64,000 nt of DNA, from the NCBI GenBank assembly GCA_963738475.1, contig CAVTWU010000029.1, positions 65,924 to 129,923 on the forward strand, in the 5' to 3' direction. The number at the start of each line of letters is the position of its first letter. Positions within the stretch are counted from its first letter, which is position 1. The position numbers and the translations under genes were made by a program. Below the pieces are notes generated by a model. That model searched no databases. It was not told where the DNA came from and worked only from the letters and a program-made list of their open reading frames with translations. Source of the DNA: an uncultured Chloroflexia bacterium (GTDB taxonomy: Bacteria > Chloroflexota > Limnocylindria > Limnocylindrales > CSP1-4). Below are positions 58,355 to 64,000 of the stretch, in pieces.

Positions 58355-58846
58355 ATGGCCACCGTTCCCGATCCCGTCTCCGCCTTGCTGGACAAGGCGC
58401 TCGTGGCCGAGCTGACCGTCGTCGATGGACACGGCACGCCCGTCACCTACCCGCTCATCCCGCTCTGGGACGGCGAGAAGGTCTATCTCACGTCCTCGAC
58501 CCTGTTCAGCCGGAAGCTCGAGCACATCAAGGGCAACCCGAAGGTCTCGGTCTCGATCACGGACCCGGTCGCGACCGACGGTTCGCTCGATCGCGCGACG
58601 ATCCAGGGCGACGCCCGGGTCATCGAGGAGGACCCGCACGGCGGCTGGGAGCGCCTCCTGCCGATCTGGGAGGCGAAGGAGCCGTCCATCGTCTACTTCC
58701 TCAAGGCCCGCGTCGCCCTGCCGCTGTTCTTCGAACGAGCGCTCATCGAAGTGACGCCGCGGCGGGTCCTGTACTGGTCCGACGGGGATGCGCACCACGC
58801 CCCGGTCGTCACCACCGCCGGCGCCGTCGCCGGGGAGGCCGCGTGA
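58355..58846 (+). CDS. Pyridoxamine 5'-phosphate oxidase-like split beta-barrel protein (flavin/F420-binding type)
   Basis: LTVVDGHG.PVTYP, SRKLEHIKGNPKVSVSI, IQGDARV; AGGAG RBS. Confidence 0.82.
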   Translation: MATVPDPVSALLDKALVAELTVVDGHGTPVTYPLIPLWDGEKVYLTSSTLFSRKLEHIKGNPKVSVSITDPVATDGSLDRATIQGDARVIEEDPHGGWERLLPIWEAKEPSIVYFLKARVALPLFFERALIEVTPRRVLYWSDGDAHHAPVVTTAGAVAGEAA

Positions 58847-60303
58847 TGCCCGCCACCGAAACGCCACGACCGCCACCGCCGCGCGGTCCGCGAGCGACTC
58901 CACCGACGGCCGCACGCCGTCCCTCACGCCTCGCGTCGGCCTCGACAAGCTGGCCACGTATCCGTTCCACGTCGCGACCTGGGTGGACGATGCCGGCTAT
59001 CCGGTCAGCGTCGCGGTCCAGGCCACGATCCATCCGACCGACCTGACCGCCACGTTCGACGCACCCGGCCGGGATGGACGTCCCGACCGTGCCGACCGAC
59101 CGGGTCATCTCGCTGACCGGATCGCACATCCGGCCGCAACCGGGCTACGGCTACGACGAGCGCCGCCACGTGACCGTGTGGGGCCCGGCCAGCCGCGATC
59201 GGCGATCTCCTCACGATGTCCGGCCGCCGAGCCTGGGGCTGGGACGAGGCCGAGGTCCCGTTCTTCGAGTACTCGGAGCGGTCCGTCGGCCAGTCGCGCC
59301 GCTACTTCGACGCCCTGTCGGCGGAGCGCGGCACGCCGGTCAAGCCGAAGCTGTCGTTCGGGTTCCTGACCCTGCGGACGACCCGCCTGCCGTTCCTCAC
59401 CGCGACGATCATCCCGGTCGTCCTGGGCATCCTCATCGCCGCCAGCCACGGCTCGTTCGACCTCGTCGCGGCCGTGCTGACCATCGTCGGGGCGTCCTTC
59501 GTCCAGCTCGGGCTCAACGTCGCCAACGACGTCTTCGATACCGTCCAGGGCGCCGACGATGCGAACGTCACGCCGACACAGTTCAGTGGCGGTTCGCGGG
59601 TCATCCAGTACGGGCTCGTCAGCCTGCGCCAGATGGCGACGCTGGCGACCGTGTTCTACGTCCTGGCCGGGATCATCGGGCTCGTCCTGCTGGCGACCCA
59701 TGGGTCGACCGCGCTGCTGGTCATCGGCGTCGTCGGGTTCATCGTGAGCCTCGGCTATACGGCGCCGCCGCTCAAGTTCGTCTATCGCGGACTCGGCGAG
59801 ATCGCCGTCGCGATCGGCTTCGGGCCACTCATGCTGCTGGGTGCCTACGTCGTCCAGACCGGCGGGACGCTCGCATGGGAGCCGTTCGTGGCGTCGATCC
59901 CGATCGCCCTGCTCGTCGCCCTGATCCTGTACGTCAACGAGATCCCGGATCGTCGCGGCGACGCGCGAGTCGGCAAGCGGACCCTCCCGGTGCGCTTCTC
60001 GGAGACGACCGTCATCACGGGCTACAACGTGGCGGCTGCGGGGGCGTTCATCGCCCTGGTCGCGGGTGTCGTGGCCGGGATCCTGCCGATCCCGGCACTG
60101 GCGATGCTCCTGACCATCCCGATGGCGCATCCGCGTCTCGCGCGGCCTCCGCCCGAACTACGACAACCCGTATGGCCTCATGGCGATCATGGGCGTCAAC
60201 GTCCAGCTGCACATGCGGGCCGGCCTGCTGTTGCTGGCCGCGTACCTGCTCGTGCTGATCGTCGGCGCGGTGGCCCCCGGACGCGAGCCTGTTCCTGGGC
60301 TGA
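58846..60303 (+). CDS. UbiA/MenA-family prenyltransferase with an N-terminal soluble domain; frameshifted
   Basis: TRLPFLTAT, NVANDVFD, DDAN...SGGSR, YRGLGEI, NEIPD..GD..VGKRTL; the frame from 59216 runs from the soluble region into the UbiA domain without a stop. Confidence 0.85.
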
Positions 60304-60305
60304 CG

Positions 60306-61091
60306 ATGGCGCTGACCGCGTGCAGCGCGCTCACGGCGGCCGAGGCGTTCGCACGTCCCCGGCCGCGGATCCACGGGCTGGATGCGACGACGACGCTGCG
60401 GGACTTCGCGATCGTCACGTTCGATGTCGATCCGGACCGACTGGCGGCGCGTGTTGCCGGCCGGTCTGTCGCCGGAGATCCGGACGCTCGATGACGGGCG
60501 CGAGCGCGGCTTCGTGTCCGCGGTCTCGTTCCGCGATGTCGACTTCCGGTTCGCCTTCGCGGGCTGGCTGCGGCGGTCGTTCTTCCAGACGAACTACCGC
60601 GCGTACGTGCGCGACCCGGACGGGCGACAGGCCGTGTTCTTCTTCGGGACGACGCTCGACTCCCGGCTGGTCGCGGTCCCGCGGCACGTGTGGGGCATGC
60701 CCTGGCACCCGGGCCGGACGTCGATCGAGGCGACCTGGACGGACGGGGCGTGCACGGCGTACCGGCATCGCTGCGACGGGCGACGTGGGGCGGCGCGGAC
60801 GTCGAGCTGGTCGGGTCGTCGGAACGGGCCGGCCGCCTCGACGGGTTCACCGACGCGGACGACACGGCCCACATCCTCACGCACCCGCTGGACGGCTGGT
60901 TCCGTCGACCGGACGGCCGACTGGGCCGCTATGCCGTCTGGCACGAACGCCTGCCGATGACCGTTGGCCGCGCGATCCGCGCTCGCTACGACGTGTTCGA
61001 GAGCCTTGGGCTGGTCGCCGCGGGCGCGGTCCCCCACTCCGTCCTGCTCGCCCCGTCGGTCGAGTTCGACGTGCTGCTGCCGCCCACGTAA
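60306..61091 (+). CDS. DUF2071 (YqjF-like) protein, frameshifted
   Basis: FAIVTFDVDP, FVSAVSF, QTNYRAYV, VFFFGT, WGMPWH, LTHPLDGW. Confidence 0.7.
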
Positions 61092-62003
61092 GCGGCAGGA
61101 AAGCGCCGCCTCGCAGACTCGCCGCGTGGATCCCATCCGGATCGGAGCCGACGTCCGGCTCCTCCGCAAGCGCAAACGCTGGACGCAGGCGCGACTGGCC
61201 AGCGAAGCGGGTGTCTCACGCTGGGTCATCTCCCAGATCGAGTGCGGGCGCGCTGATCGATTCGCCCTGGCGGTCGTCAAGCGCGTCGTCGATGCGACCG
61301 GCGGCTACCTGTCGGTTCGCATCCAGTTCCAAGGCGAGGGCCTGGACCGCCTCCGCGATCGCGCGCACGCCCGCATCGTCGATGACGTGGTCTCGATACT
61401 GGTCGCGTTGGGCTGGACCGTCGAGACCGAGGTGTCGTTCAACCACTTCGGCGAGCGGGGATCGATCGACATCCTCGCGTTCCACGCCCGCGCCGGAGCG
61501 CTGCTCGTCGTCGAGGTCAAGACGGTCGTGCCTGACGTCGGCGGGATGCTCATGACGCTGGACCGCAAGGTGCGCATCGGTCCGGGCCTGGCGCAGGCCC
61601 GAGGGTGGGAGGTCGAGTCCGTGTCGCGGCTCCTCGTGTTTCCCGAGTCCAGTACGCCACGGCGACGAGTGGCTGACCATGCCATGACATTCGCCAGCGC
61701 GTTCCCGGCACGGAACGAGGCGATCAAACGATGGCTGCCGCGACCGACCGAGCCGATCCGCGGGCTCCCTTTTCCTGTCAGATGCTGCCTCCGGCAGCAC
61801 GAGAACGCGGCGAACGGGCTGAACGGGCAGCGAATGTGGGCACGGAGGCCCCTTTTCCGGTCAGCTGCCGGTCCACGCCATCAGATGACCGGAACCGGCG
61901 GGCACGTGACGGCCGGGACAGCATCTGACGGGAACCCGGCCTCGACCGGGTTGCGTCTGGCCGATCGGATCCGGCGTCTCGGCTCAGCGCCGCCCACGTA
62001 AGC
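61079..62003. repeat. Exact 15-bp direct repeat GCCGCCCACGTAAGC at 61079-61093 and 61989-62003
   Basis: Read directly from the sequence; copies are 910 bp apart and the first contains the stop codon of the DUF2071 gene. Confidence 0.85.
61126..61822 (+). CDS. XRE-type HTH fused to a PD-(D/E)XK nuclease-like domain; probable +1 error near 61767
   Basis: VRLLRKRKRWTQARLASEAGVSRWVISQIECG (HTH); ETE...GSIDILAF...LVVEVKT (E-D-ExK). Removing one C gives IRGLLFLSDA...TG* ending at 61822; uncorrected, the ORF runs to 62001. Confidence 0.8.
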
Positions 62004-62022
62004 CGCTCGCCGGGAATCGATG

Positions 62023-62047
62023 CGGCCCGCCGGGGACCGGCGGGCCG
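62023..62047. terminator. GC-rich hairpin between convergent genes (candidate terminator after dnaK)
   Basis: CGGCCCGCCGG-GGA-CCGGCGGGCCG perfect 11-bp stem; no long U tract. Confidence 0.55.
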
Positions 62048-62074
62048 TTCGTGACTGCGTGGGCGTCGCGGAGG

Positions 62075-64000
<1,926 letters not shown>

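Overview
High-GC bacterial chromosomal segment with no rRNA, tRNA, CRISPR array or recognisable transposase. A Chloroflexota (Limnocylindria-like) origin is inferred from gene content and was not verified. Many genes, including essential ones (metK, ahcY, mfd, pth, ybeY, dnaJ), are broken by single-base frameshifts. These look like uncorrected long-read errors, so coordinates of broken genes are reconstructed spans. Left to right: a cobalamin-riboswitch-controlled ECF transporter operon with two surface proteins; three secreted proteins; mannose-phosphate genes; potABCD; a SAM-cycle/MTA-salvage run (metK, ahcY, mtnA, apt, homocysteine methyltransferase); and the mfd-pth-ybeY-pgpH-yqeY-rpsU and HIT-prmA-dnaJ-dnaK backbone, interrupted by two accessory blocks. 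Best candidates for undescribed biology: (1) 43360-47102, an operon with an Lgt paralog, two paralogous membrane proteins ending in a conserved G-L-C, and a tetraether-synthase (Tes/GDGT-MAS)-like radical SAM enzyme, divergent from an acyl-CoA ligase; (2) an HTH plus PD-(D/E)XK nuclease gene bracketed by an exact 15-bp direct repeat (61079-62003); (3) an apparently split transcobalamin-like B12 capture pair; (4) a split-barrel/MenA-type prenyltransferase fusion.
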